This document shows positions 56,474 through 64,000 of a stretch of 64,000 bases of DNA, one piece after another; position 1 is the first letter of the stretch; every line of letters begins with the position of its first letter. The position numbers and the translations under genes are program-made. The notes under the pieces were generated by a model. It was not told where the DNA came from. It searched no databases and saw only the letters and a program-made list of their open reading frames with translations. The stretch covers positions 91,787 to 155,786 of the forward strand of contig JAFUDT010000014.1 in the NCBI GenBank assembly GCA_017464285.1, written 5' to 3'. This DNA is from Bacteroidales bacterium (GTDB lineage Bacteria > Bacteroidota > Bacteroidia > Bacteroidales > UBA1402).

Positions 56474-58288
56474 ATGAAAAAGAAAATCTTTAGCCTGATG
56501 CTTGCATCGCTCTTGCTGATGCCCGGACTTCAGGCTGCACTGAGCACCACGCGCATCATTCCGGCCGACGGCTCAGTCAATGTAGATATCAATGCCCGCG
56601 TCATCCTGATGTTCGACAAGAACATCCAGATTGCCGCTGGAGGATGCAGACTGAACGGAGAGATAATGACCCCCTCGGTGTCCAACAAGATGGCCACCTT
56701 CGTACTGCCTTGCCTGGACTATGCCACGCTCTATACCTTTGTGGCTCCTGCCGGCGCTTTCTGCGAAAAAGACAACACGGACAACACTTCGTCCGAACTG
56801 AGGTTCAGTTTCACGACCAAGCAGCGTCCCCAGCCAGAAGCCAGAGTCTTCGACGCCATTGTTGCACTGGACGGCAGCGGCGACTACACCTCTGTCCAGG
56901 AAGCTGTCAACAAGGCTCCAGAGAATTTGTCCAAGCCATGGCTGATTTTCGTCCGCAAAGGCGTTTATAACGGTGTACTGCGCATTCCTTCCAGCAAACC
57001 CTACATCCACCTTATCGGTGAAGATGCGGACAGCACCGTCATTCAGGAAAAAATATGCTGTGACTTTCTGGTGGACGGAGGCTATACTGGTCCGACCGAT
57101 CCTGAATTCGTCGCTCAGTGGAAAGCCTATGTAGACCAGTTCTCCACAGCCAGGGTAAAGAACTCGCAAGGTCAAGATCCCATGGCCTATATCGATGCCA
57201 AGAACTTTTACAGCGAGAACATCACCTATAACAACCGCTGGGGATCAGAAGACCGGGACTACCCTCAGGCTCTAGCCATCCGATGCCTGAAAGACCGCAC
57301 GGCATTCTACCACTGCCGTGCTCTGAGCTACCAGGATACCTGGCGTACCCCCGACGGTGATGGCAGCCGCCAGTACATCAAGGACTGCTACATCGAGGGC
57401 AATGTGGACTTCATATATGGCGACGGAGATGCCTATTTCGAGGACTGCCACATCAACATCATCAAGAACCACAAACCTACCGAAGAAGCCGGCTGGATTG
57501 TAGCTCCTTCACAAGGCGGTGCTCCCTGGGGCTATGTCTTCAAAGACTGCCGGCTGACGTCCGAAACAGCTGGAGACTCCATTTATCTGGGCCGTGCCTG
57601 GCATGGATCTCCCAAGACGGTGTTCATCAACCTAGAACTCGACGACAAAATTGTCCTCAGGGACAAAGGCTGGGACAGTCACTTCGGAAATGCCATACCT
57701 GTTATCTTCGCCGACTGGCACACCCACTATGCCGACGGCCGGATGGTGGATATGAGCCTGCGCAACAATTGGTACTGGTACCTGAGAAGTGAAGGTGACA
57801 CCGTTCAAGGATATGCCCAGCGCTTCCTCAGCGATGAAGAGGCCTCACGATATACCTTCAACAGGATTATTCCCGCCTCCGACGGCTGGCGGCCCGACCT
57901 GATGGCCGAGCGGCTGCCAGCCCCAGTACTCCAGACAAGTAGTACACAGATTAGCTGGGAGGCCGTACCTTTTGCCATATGCTACGAAATTCGCAAGGAC
58001 GGTGATTTTGCCTGCTTCACCACTGAGACACTATATGCCGTCGATGACCCCCATGCCAAGTATCAGGTACTGGCTGTCAACGAATGGGGCGGGCGCGGAC
58101 AACTGTCCGATGTCGCTACGGCTTTGCAGCGGACAAGTCTTGGAACTGCCGTCCCCGTTGCCACGGAGTACTACGATCTGACCGGCCGGCACATTTCTCT
58201 TGATGAGACTGCCGCCCGTCGTCAGATCGTGCTGTGCAAGACTATCTGGTCCGACGGCAAGACAAAAGTCGAAAAACAAATCCGCTGA
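56474..58288 (+). CDS. Pectinesterase (CE8) paralog with N-terminal Ig-like domain and T9SS-type C-terminal tail
   Basis: 604 aa. CE8 motifs are QALAI, YQDTW, VDFIYGDGD and LGRAWHG. It shares the domain order of 34592..36412 and ends EYYDLTGRHISL...CKTIWSDGKTKVEKQIR. Confidence 0.88.
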   Translation: MKKKIFSLMLASLLLMPGLQAALSTTRIIPADGSVNVDINARVILMFDKNIQIAAGGCRLNGEIMTPSVSNKMATFVLPCLDYATLYTFVAPAGAFCEKDNTDNTSSELRFSFTTKQRPQPEARVFDAIVALDGSGDYTSVQEAVNKAPENLSKPWLIFVRKGVYNGVLRIPSSKPYIHLIGEDADSTVIQEKICCDFLVDGGYTGPTDPEFVAQWKAYVDQFSTARVKNSQGQDPMAYIDAKNFYSENITYNNRWGSEDRDYPQALAIRCLKDRTAFYHCRALSYQDTWRTPDGDGSRQYIKDCYIEGNVDFIYGDGDAYFEDCHINIIKNHKPTEEAGWIVAPSQGGAPWGYVFKDCRLTSETAGDSIYLGRAWHGSPKTVFINLELDDKIVLRDKGWDSHFGNAIPVIFADWHTHYADGRMVDMSLRNNWYWYLRSEGDTVQGYAQRFLSDEEASRYTFNRIIPASDGWRPDLMAERLPAPVLQTSSTQISWEAVPFAICYEIRKDGDFACFTTETLYAVDDPHAKYQVLAVNEWGGRGQLSDVATALQRTSLGTAVPVATEYYDLTGRHISLDETAARRQIVLCKTIWSDGKTKVEKQIR

Positions 58289-58333
58289 CCGGATTATGCT
58301 CCCTCGGAAAAGGGCATGCCCTGCTGAAAGCAC

Positions 58334-58376
58334 AAAAAAACGCCGGAGAGGTTTGCAGGCCTCCCCGGCGTTTTTT
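58334..58376. terminator. Bidirectional rho-independent terminator
   Basis: aaaaaaa-cgccggagagg...cctccccggcg-tttttt, between the convergent genes ending at 58288 (+) and 58397 (-). Confidence 0.7.
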
Positions 58377-58396
58377 CATCTCTATACAGGACTCGT

Positions 58397-59107
58397 TCAT
58401 TCTTCCTCGGCGCGAGGAGCCACCAGCTTGTAGCCCTTGCCATGGATATTCATGATCTGGATGCCGGGATCCGGTTTCAGATGCTTGCGCAGTTTGGTGA
58501 TATAGACATCCATGCTGCGGGCATTGAAATAGGAGTTCTCGCCCCAGATGGTCATCAAGGCATAATTGCGTTCCAGAATCTGGTTCTGGTGGCTGCACAG
58601 CAACGTGAGCAGTTCGCATTCCTTGGTGGTCAGACGAATCGTCGGTCCGTCTTTGAGCGTAAGCAGCTGTTTGGGTACGTCGAAAGAGAAATTGCCAATC
58701 TGGTAGAAATTCACTTCCTTGGTCTTTTTGCCCTTGACCCGACGCATGATGGCCTCAATACGGAACAGCAGTTCTTCCATGCTGAAGGGTTTGGTCAGGT
58801 AATCGTCGCAGCCCAGCTTGAAACCGTTCAGGATATCCTCCTTCATGTTCTTGGCGGTAAGGAAGATAATGGGCACTTCGGAGTTCATCATGTGGATTTC
58901 CTGGGCCAGCGTGAAACCGTCTTTCTTAGGCATCATAATGTCCAGGATGCACAGGTCGTACTTGGTCTTCTGAAAGGCCTTGTAGCCCTGTTCGCCGTCA
59001 AGCAGCAGGTCAACGTTGTAGCCCTTGGCCTGCAAGTACTCACACAACAGGAAACCCAGGTTTCCGTCATCTTCGCACAACATCAGTTGAAGTCTTTCTT
59101 CTGTCAT
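58397..59107 (-). CDS. OmpR/PhoB-type response regulator (RprY-like)
   Basis: 236 aa with a receiver domain (LCEDDGNLG...DLCILDIMMPKKDG...TKPF) and a winged-helix output domain. Confidence 0.9.
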   Translation of the reverse strand: MTEERLQLMLCEDDGNLGFLLCEYLQAKGYNVDLLLDGEQGYKAFQKTKYDLCILDIMMPKKDGFTLAQEIHMMNSEVPIIFLTAKNMKEDILNGFKLGCDDYLTKPFSMEELLFRIEAIMRRVKGKKTKEVNFYQIGNFSFDVPKQLLTLKDGPTIRLTTKECELLTLLCSHQNQILERNYALMTIWGENSYFNARSMDVYITKLRKHLKPDPGIQIMNIHGKGYKLVAPRAEEE

Positions 59108-59118
59108 AGCTGTAAAAA

Positions 59119-60645
59119 TTAAATGATTGGTAAATGTATAATGAATGTTGTTCCTTTGCCGAATTCGCTTTCCACGCGGATGTCCCCGTCGTGCTGCCGG
59201 ATGACCTGATGAACATAAGCCAGTCCCAGGCCGAAGCCCTTGACATTGTGCACATCGCCCGAAGACACCCGATAGAACCGGTCGAAAATCCTGCGGCAGT
59301 CTTCTTTTCTAATACCGATGCCATTGTCGCTGACCCTGATTTCCAGCGAATCCTGCACTCTGGAAGTGCTGATCAGCAGATGCAGCGGCCTTTCAGGATC
59401 ACGGTATTTATAGGCATTGTCCAGCAAATTGAAAATAACGTTGGTCAGATTCAGCTCGTCCGCGAACACCCGGGCATCCTCCACCTGCAATGCAGTTTCC
59501 AGGCGACCGCCGGACTGCTCCACTTTCAATGTAAAAGAAGAGGCGACCCCGCTGATAATATGGTTTATATCCACTTCGGTCATTTTATTGGAAGCCTGAT
59601 GTCCCTTCTCGAAGAGCGATATTTGCAGCACCTTTTCGATAAGCATGTTAAGGCGTTTGCTCTCATCGGTGATCACACTGACAATATGCTCGTTGGCCGA
59701 GGCCGGCCGCCGTACATCCTTGTCGTTCAGCATCTGAGATGCCAGCAGTATGCTCGATACAGGCGTCTTCAGCTCATGGGTCATATTACGGATAAAATCG
59801 TTTTTCATATCGGAGAGCGCTCGCTGCCGCCACAAGGTCCATACAACGATGATGGTCAAGGCCAGAAGAATCAGACTGAAGAGAACGGTCGGTATGAAGG
59901 TGATCATAGGATTACGGATAACTCCACTCCTTGAGGGGATATAGAGGTACAGCATCGCCCGTGTGTCACCCAGATCGTTCGGGAACAGACGCTCGACATA
60001 GTCGGGACTGCCGACCAAGGCTGCCGCGTCTCCCCCGCTATGCACGACCTGCCCGTCCTTTTCGAGAACCTGGTAGTACAAAGACACCGCATCCAGACCG
60101 TTTTTCTGCATTTCGGAATGAAGGTACTCTTCCAGTTTTTTATAATTTATCCGTTCGGACACAGGGGAAGAACTGGCCTGGTAGAGAATCTGAAGCACGA
60201 CATCATTTAACAGATTCTGCTGGCTGAGATAACGCTCTCGGAGTATCGACTCGTCTGCCGGATTATCGGTGTCGTTCCCTTTGGAGAGACCGGAATCGAA
60301 AAAATCGGGCTGCCAGATGGCTGAATGGTATTCCAATGTCGGGGGCGACAGACGCGAGGCATCGGACAGAGACTGGCCCTTTTGGGTCATGGACAGAATG
60401 TAGGCGGAGGAACGGATGGAAAGCAGTTCCCTGTCGCGTTCGTTGAGTTCCTTTTCCAGATAACGGCGCGATTCATCGCGCTCCAGAAGATAAGAGACCC
60501 GGGAAAGACTACGCTGGACTGCATCGTCAAAGGACTCGGCTTGAATGGATATCAGCGAGTGGACATAGACGATCTGCAGAGTAATCAGCACCACGAAGGT
60601 GACCGACAAAAGTGCAATCAAAGCCCAGATAGTTTTCTTTTTCAT
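59119..60645 (-). CDS. Sensor histidine kinase (RprX-like)
   Basis: 508 aa with two TM segments, an H-box FIRNMTHELKTPVSS, an N-box NLLDNAYKY, and G-boxes DNGIGI / GFGLGL. Confidence 0.9.
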   Translation of the reverse strand: MKKKTIWALIALLSVTFVVLITLQIVYVHSLISIQAESFDDAVQRSLSRVSYLLERDESRRYLEKELNERDRELLSIRSSAYILSMTQKGQSLSDASRLSPPTLEYHSAIWQPDFFDSGLSKGNDTDNPADESILRERYLSQQNLLNDVVLQILYQASSSPVSERINYKKLEEYLHSEMQKNGLDAVSLYYQVLEKDGQVVHSGGDAAALVGSPDYVERLFPNDLGDTRAMLYLYIPSRSGVIRNPMITFIPTVLFSLILLALTIIVVWTLWRQRALSDMKNDFIRNMTHELKTPVSSILLASQMLNDKDVRRPASANEHIVSVITDESKRLNMLIEKVLQISLFEKGHQASNKMTEVDINHIISGVASSFTLKVEQSGGRLETALQVEDARVFADELNLTNVIFNLLDNAYKYRDPERPLHLLISTSRVQDSLEIRVSDNGIGIRKEDCRRIFDRFYRVSSGDVHNVKGFGLGLAYVHQVIRQHDGDIRVESEFGKGTTFIIHLPII

Positions 60646-60756
60646 GTCGCAAATATAAGCAAGAAGTTTTATACTTCTATCTCACAAAAAATATTTAATC
60701 AAAGCAAAAACGTTAATTCACAATTAATAACAACTCAAAGCGGAATCCACAACAAA

Positions 60757-60792
60757 CAAAAAAAGGCATCGCTCTAAGAGCCATGCCTTTTC
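60757..60792 (-). terminator. Terminator-like hairpin after the EF-G paralog gene
   Basis: aaaaaaaggcatcgctc-taa-gagccatgcctttt. The stem is imperfect, with a T-run on the minus strand. Confidence 0.45.
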
Positions 60793-60815
60793 GATACAAA
60801 CGTGACCGGAACCGG

Positions 60816-62978
60816 TTACTCCTTGTCCTGCTGCTGAGCCTCGTATTCCTTTAACAGTTTGTCCTGAACATCGGCCGGGACCAGTTCGTAGGAGGCAAAC
60901 TTCATGGTGAAGGAAGCACGTCCTCCGGAGATGGAACTCAGGGAAGTCGAATAATCGGACATTTCCTTCAAAGGCACTTTGGCGGAGAGCTTCTCCAGGC
61001 CTTTTTCGCTGTGCATACCCATGATCATGGCACGGCGGCCCTGCAGGTCACTCATAACATCACCCATGCGGTCGCTGGGAACCAGCACCTCCACATCGTA
61101 GATAGGCTCCAACACCTTGGGACCAGCCTCTTTGAAGGCCTGGCTGAAGGCGTTACGGCCAGCCAGCATGAAGGAGATTTCGTTGGAGTCGACCGGATGC
61201 ATCTTGCCGTCATAGACGATAACACGAATGTCACGGGCATAGGAGCCGGTGAGCGGACCTTGTTCCATGCGCTGCATGATACCCTTCTGGATGGCCGGGA
61301 TAAAACGGGCATCGATGGCACCTCCGACGATACTGTTGACGAAGACCAGCTTGCCGCCCCACTCCAGCGGGAACTCATCCACCCCCTTGACACTCATCTT
61401 GAACTCCTGGTTGCCGAAACGGAAGACATCGGGGTTGGGCATGCCTTCGGTATAGGGCTCGATAATCAGATGGACTTCACCGAACTGGCCCGAACCACCG
61501 GACTGTTTTTTGTGGCGATAGTCGGCACGGGCAGCCTTGGTGATGGTCTCACGGTAAGGAATCTTGGGTTCGAGGAATTCGATGGGGAGCTTATCCTGAT
61601 TTTCAACCGTCCATTTGAGGGTACGCAGATGGAACTCTCCCTGGCCATGCAGAATGGTCTGCTTGAGCTCTCTCGACTGCTCGATGATGTAGGTGGGATC
61701 CTCTTCACGGATACGGTTCATGATAGACATCATCTTTTCCATATCGGCCTCATTGACCGGCTTGACGGCACGGCGGTATTTGGGATCCGGATATTTGATG
61801 AAATTGAATTTATGGTCGGCTCCCTTGCCGTTCAGGGTGTTGCCTGTCTTGACATCCTTCAGTTTGACGGTAACACCCAGATCACCGGCTTTCAGTTCGG
61901 TCACCTGAGTACGGGTCGAACCGGAAGCGCAGAAAATCTGTGCCAGGCGCTCCTTGGAACCGCGGTCGGCATTGACCAGGTCATCGCCCTCATGCAGCGT
62001 TCCGCTGATCACCTTGAAGAAATTGACCTCACCGATATGGGGTTCGACAGTGGTCTTATAGAAGAAAATGCTGGGAGCGGCACTTTCGGAGTCATAGGGG
62101 ACTTCCTTGCCGTCACTGTCCTTCAGCGCCTCGACATCAAGGGGAGAAGGAGCCACATTGCCCAGGAATTCCATCAGACGGCGTACACCCATATCCTTCT
62201 GTGCAGAGACGCAGAATACAGGGCAAATACCTTTGGATATCAAACCCTTGCGGATACCTTCGCGGACATCGTCGATGCTCAGGTCACCCTCTTCGAAATA
62301 TTTTTCCATCAGGGCCTCATCGTTTTCTGCGGCAGCTTCCACCAGGACGGCATGAAGTTCCTCGGCCTTGGCCTGCTGATCGGCCGGAATATCATCGATC
62401 TCGGGCGTTCCGCCTTCCGGCTTCCAGGTAAGCCGTTTCATGAGCAGCACGTCGATAATCTGGTTGAAACCGCTGCCGGCATTGACCGGATACTGCACCT
62501 TGACCACCTGACCGCCGTAGGCTGTATGAAGCTGTTCGACGACGGCATCGTAGTCGATCTGGTCACGGTCAAGCTGGTTGACAGCGAAAACAACAGGCTT
62601 GCCGTAAGTCTCGGCATTGCGGAAAGCATTCATCGTGCCACCGTCCAGACCGTACTGGCCGTTGACCAGGATCACGGCTGTCTCGGAGACATTCAGGGCC
62701 GTGACTGCACCTCCGACAAAGTCATCTGCGCCGGGGCAGTCGATGAAGTTGAGTTTCTTGCCGTTCCATTCTACAAAGAAAGGAGTGGAAAAGACCGAAT
62801 AGCCATATTCCTGTTCTACCATGGAATAGTCGCAAACCGTGTTCTTGGCCTCGACCGTTCCGCGACGTTTAAGCGCTCCACCCTCGAAAAGCATAGCCTC
62901 TGCGAGAGTGGTTTTTCCAGATCCAGACGCACCGATGATAGCGATGTTTCTGATTTCAGCAGTTTGATAAGTCTTCAT
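60816..62978 (-). CDS. Elongation factor G paralog with degenerate GTPase motifs
   Basis: 720 aa with five-domain EF-G architecture. G1 is GASGSGKT. G3 is DCPGADDF, with Ala (codon at 62727-62729) where canonical EF-G has the catalytic His. G4 is NQLD instead of NKxD. Confidence 0.88.
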   Translation of the reverse strand: MKTYQTAEIRNIAIIGASGSGKTTLAEAMLFEGGALKRRGTVEAKNTVCDYSMVEQEYGYSVFSTPFFVEWNGKKLNFIDCPGADDFVGGAVTALNVSETAVILVNGQYGLDGGTMNAFRNAETYGKPVVFAVNQLDRDQIDYDAVVEQLHTAYGGQVVKVQYPVNAGSGFNQIIDVLLMKRLTWKPEGGTPEIDDIPADQQAKAEELHAVLVEAAAENDEALMEKYFEEGDLSIDDVREGIRKGLISKGICPVFCVSAQKDMGVRRLMEFLGNVAPSPLDVEALKDSDGKEVPYDSESAAPSIFFYKTTVEPHIGEVNFFKVISGTLHEGDDLVNADRGSKERLAQIFCASGSTRTQVTELKAGDLGVTVKLKDVKTGNTLNGKGADHKFNFIKYPDPKYRRAVKPVNEADMEKMMSIMNRIREEDPTYIIEQSRELKQTILHGQGEFHLRTLKWTVENQDKLPIEFLEPKIPYRETITKAARADYRHKKQSGGSGQFGEVHLIIEPYTEGMPNPDVFRFGNQEFKMSVKGVDEFPLEWGGKLVFVNSIVGGAIDARFIPAIQKGIMQRMEQGPLTGSYARDIRVIVYDGKMHPVDSNEISFMLAGRNAFSQAFKEAGPKVLEPIYDVEVLVPSDRMGDVMSDLQGRRAMIMGMHSEKGLEKLSAKVPLKEMSDYSTSLSSISGGRASFTMKFASYELVPADVQDKLLKEYEAQQQDKE

Positions 62979-63077
62979 AAATCGTATGGTTGTTATTATA
63001 GATTGTTTCTTGAAGCGCAGGGCCCGAAAAAGTGGCGCAAGTTAGCAATAAAGAAGGTAAACTGCAATAATAAATTA

Positions 63078-63085
63078 TATCTTTG
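63078..63085 (+). promoter_or_regulatory. -7 promoter box (TATCTTTG) for hemW
   Basis: Matches TAnnTTTG, 17 nt upstream of the ATG at 63102. Confidence 0.35.
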
Positions 63086-63101
63086 CCATGAAAATGATTC
63101 C

Positions 63102-64000
63102 ATGAACCCCGCCAGCCTGTATATACACGTACCCTTCTGCCGTCGCAAGTGCGCCTATTGTGATTTCTATTCCCGGGCACTCGGCGACCGGGGTGACGAC
63201 TATGTGGCGGCGCTGCTGGCCGAAATGGACGAAAGCCGGGGATTTCTGCCCTCACCGCCCGACGGCCGGCCCCGGCTCACGACAGTGTACTTCGGAGGCG
63301 GTACGCCCTCACTGCTCAGCGCCTCCCAGCTGGGCTGCATATTCGAGCACATCACCAGGAGCTTCACGCTGCTGCCGGGGGCTGAAATCACCCTGGAGGC
63401 CAATCCGGACGATCTGGCCCCGGACTATCTGGAAAGCCTGAAGACCTTGCCCGTCAACCGTCTGAGCATCGGTATCCAGAGCTTCGACGACGGCGAGCTG
63501 GCCTTCATCGGCCGGCGCCATACGGCCCGGCAGGCCATTGAAGCCATCGGCCGTTGCCGGGAAAAAGGCTACGACAACATCAGTATCGACCTGATGATGG
63601 GCTTGCCGGGGCAGACGCCGGAGAGTTTCGACGACAGCCTTTCCCTGGCCCTCAGTCTGGGAGTACAGCACATTTCGGCCTACTTGCTGAGCCTGGAGCC
63701 GGAAGTGCCGCTCTACCGCAGCCTGCAAAAAGGTCTCTGGCAGGAGGCGGACGAAGAACTCTGCGCCACAATGTACGACAGGCTGTCCCGGCGGCTGACT
63801 GCCGCCGGATTCGATCATTATGAAATATCCAACTTCGCCCTGCCCGGCTTTCGTTCCCGACATAATTCCGGCTACTGGTCGGGGCGTCCCTATCTGGGTC
63901 TGGGGCCGTCGGCCCATTCCTTCGACGGGCGCATACGACGCTGGAATGCGGCCGATCTGGACGCCTACCTCAGACACGATTTCCGCCGGGAGATGGACAA
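63102..64000 (+). CDS. hemW: Radical SAM heme chaperone HemW (HemN-like), 3' end cut by window edge
   Basis: Not in the ORF track because there is no stop within the window. Hand translation gives MNPASLYIHVPFCRRKCAYCDFYS...TVYFGGGTPSLL...LSIGIQSFDD...ISNFALPGFRSRHNSGYW. The CxxxCxxC motif is present. Confidence 0.87.
   Translation, partial: MNPASLYIHVPFCRRKCAYCDFYSRALGDRGDDYVAALLAEMDESRGFLPSPPDGRPRLTTVYFGGGTPSLLSASQLGCIFEHITRSFTLLPGAEITLEANPDDLAPDYLESLKTLPVNRLSIGIQSFDDGELAFIGRRHTARQAIEAIGRCREKGYDNISIDLMMGLPGQTPESFDDSLSLALSLGVQHISAYLLSLEPEVPLYRSLQKGLWQEADEELCATMYDRLSRRLTAAGFDHYEISNFALPGFRSRHNSGYWSGRPYLGLGPSAHSFDGRIRRWNAADLDAYLRHDFRREMD

Noticed and set aside
1-64000. A window-wide search for CRISPR arrays, tRNA/rRNA genes, IS elements, integrases or phage genes.
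   Set aside because: I saw no direct-repeat arrays, no cloverleaf-sized conserved segments in the intergenic gaps (all gaps are under 300 nt), and no transposase- or integrase-like ORFs. The two AT-richer islands lack mobility genes and flanking repeats.

Overview
This 64-kb window looks like Bacteroidota chromosome. The evidence is SusC/SusD pairs, a hybrid two-component regulator (HTCS), T9SS-type C-terminal tails and TAnnTTTG -7 promoter boxes. GC content is mid-to-high 50s % by eye, so a Rikenellaceae/Alistipes-like Bacteroidales is plausible but unproven.

I support 45 protein-coding genes (two cut by the window edges, two at or below about 60 codons). I saw no rRNA, tRNA, CRISPR array, integrase or transposase.

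The left half (1-30 kb) is mostly housekeeping:
- Transport and energy: an AGCS symporter, and an etfB-etfA-(small ORF)-acyl-CoA dehydrogenase operon.
- Further transport and degradation: a MATE pump, an M2-like metallopeptidase, a GH95 enzyme and a split short-chain chromate transporter pair.
- An uncharacterised SIS-isomerase/DUF4954-like pair.
- Other functions: a nitroreductase, class II ribonucleotide reductase, DUF456 plus bactofilin, folB, an arginine-decarboxylase-like enzyme and mtaB.
- The rpsF-rpsR-rplI operon and a GT2 glycosyltransferase.

Two clearly AT-richer single-gene insertions encode orphan secreted or lipoproteins.

The right half (30-58 kb) is a pectin-type polysaccharide utilisation locus (PUL). 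It holds the HTCS regulator, two CE8 pectinesterases, a PL1 pectate lyase and an uncharacterised beta-helix protein; all four enzymes end in T9SS-like tails. It also holds two tandem SusC/SusD pairs, each preceded by fasciclin (FAS1) lipoproteins.

The window ends with an OmpR-type two-component system, an EF-G paralog with degenerate GTPase motifs, and the 5' part of hemW.

The observations I rate most worth follow-up are:
- the FAS1-SusC-SusD module duplication;
- T9SS-tailed PUL enzymes;
- the catalytic-His-less EF-G paralog;
- the conserved but uncharacterised SIS/DUF4954-like pair;
- two small membrane ORFs, one missing from the ORF track and one at its 60-aa length floor.

All family assignments come from motif recognition by eye. 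No database search was run.
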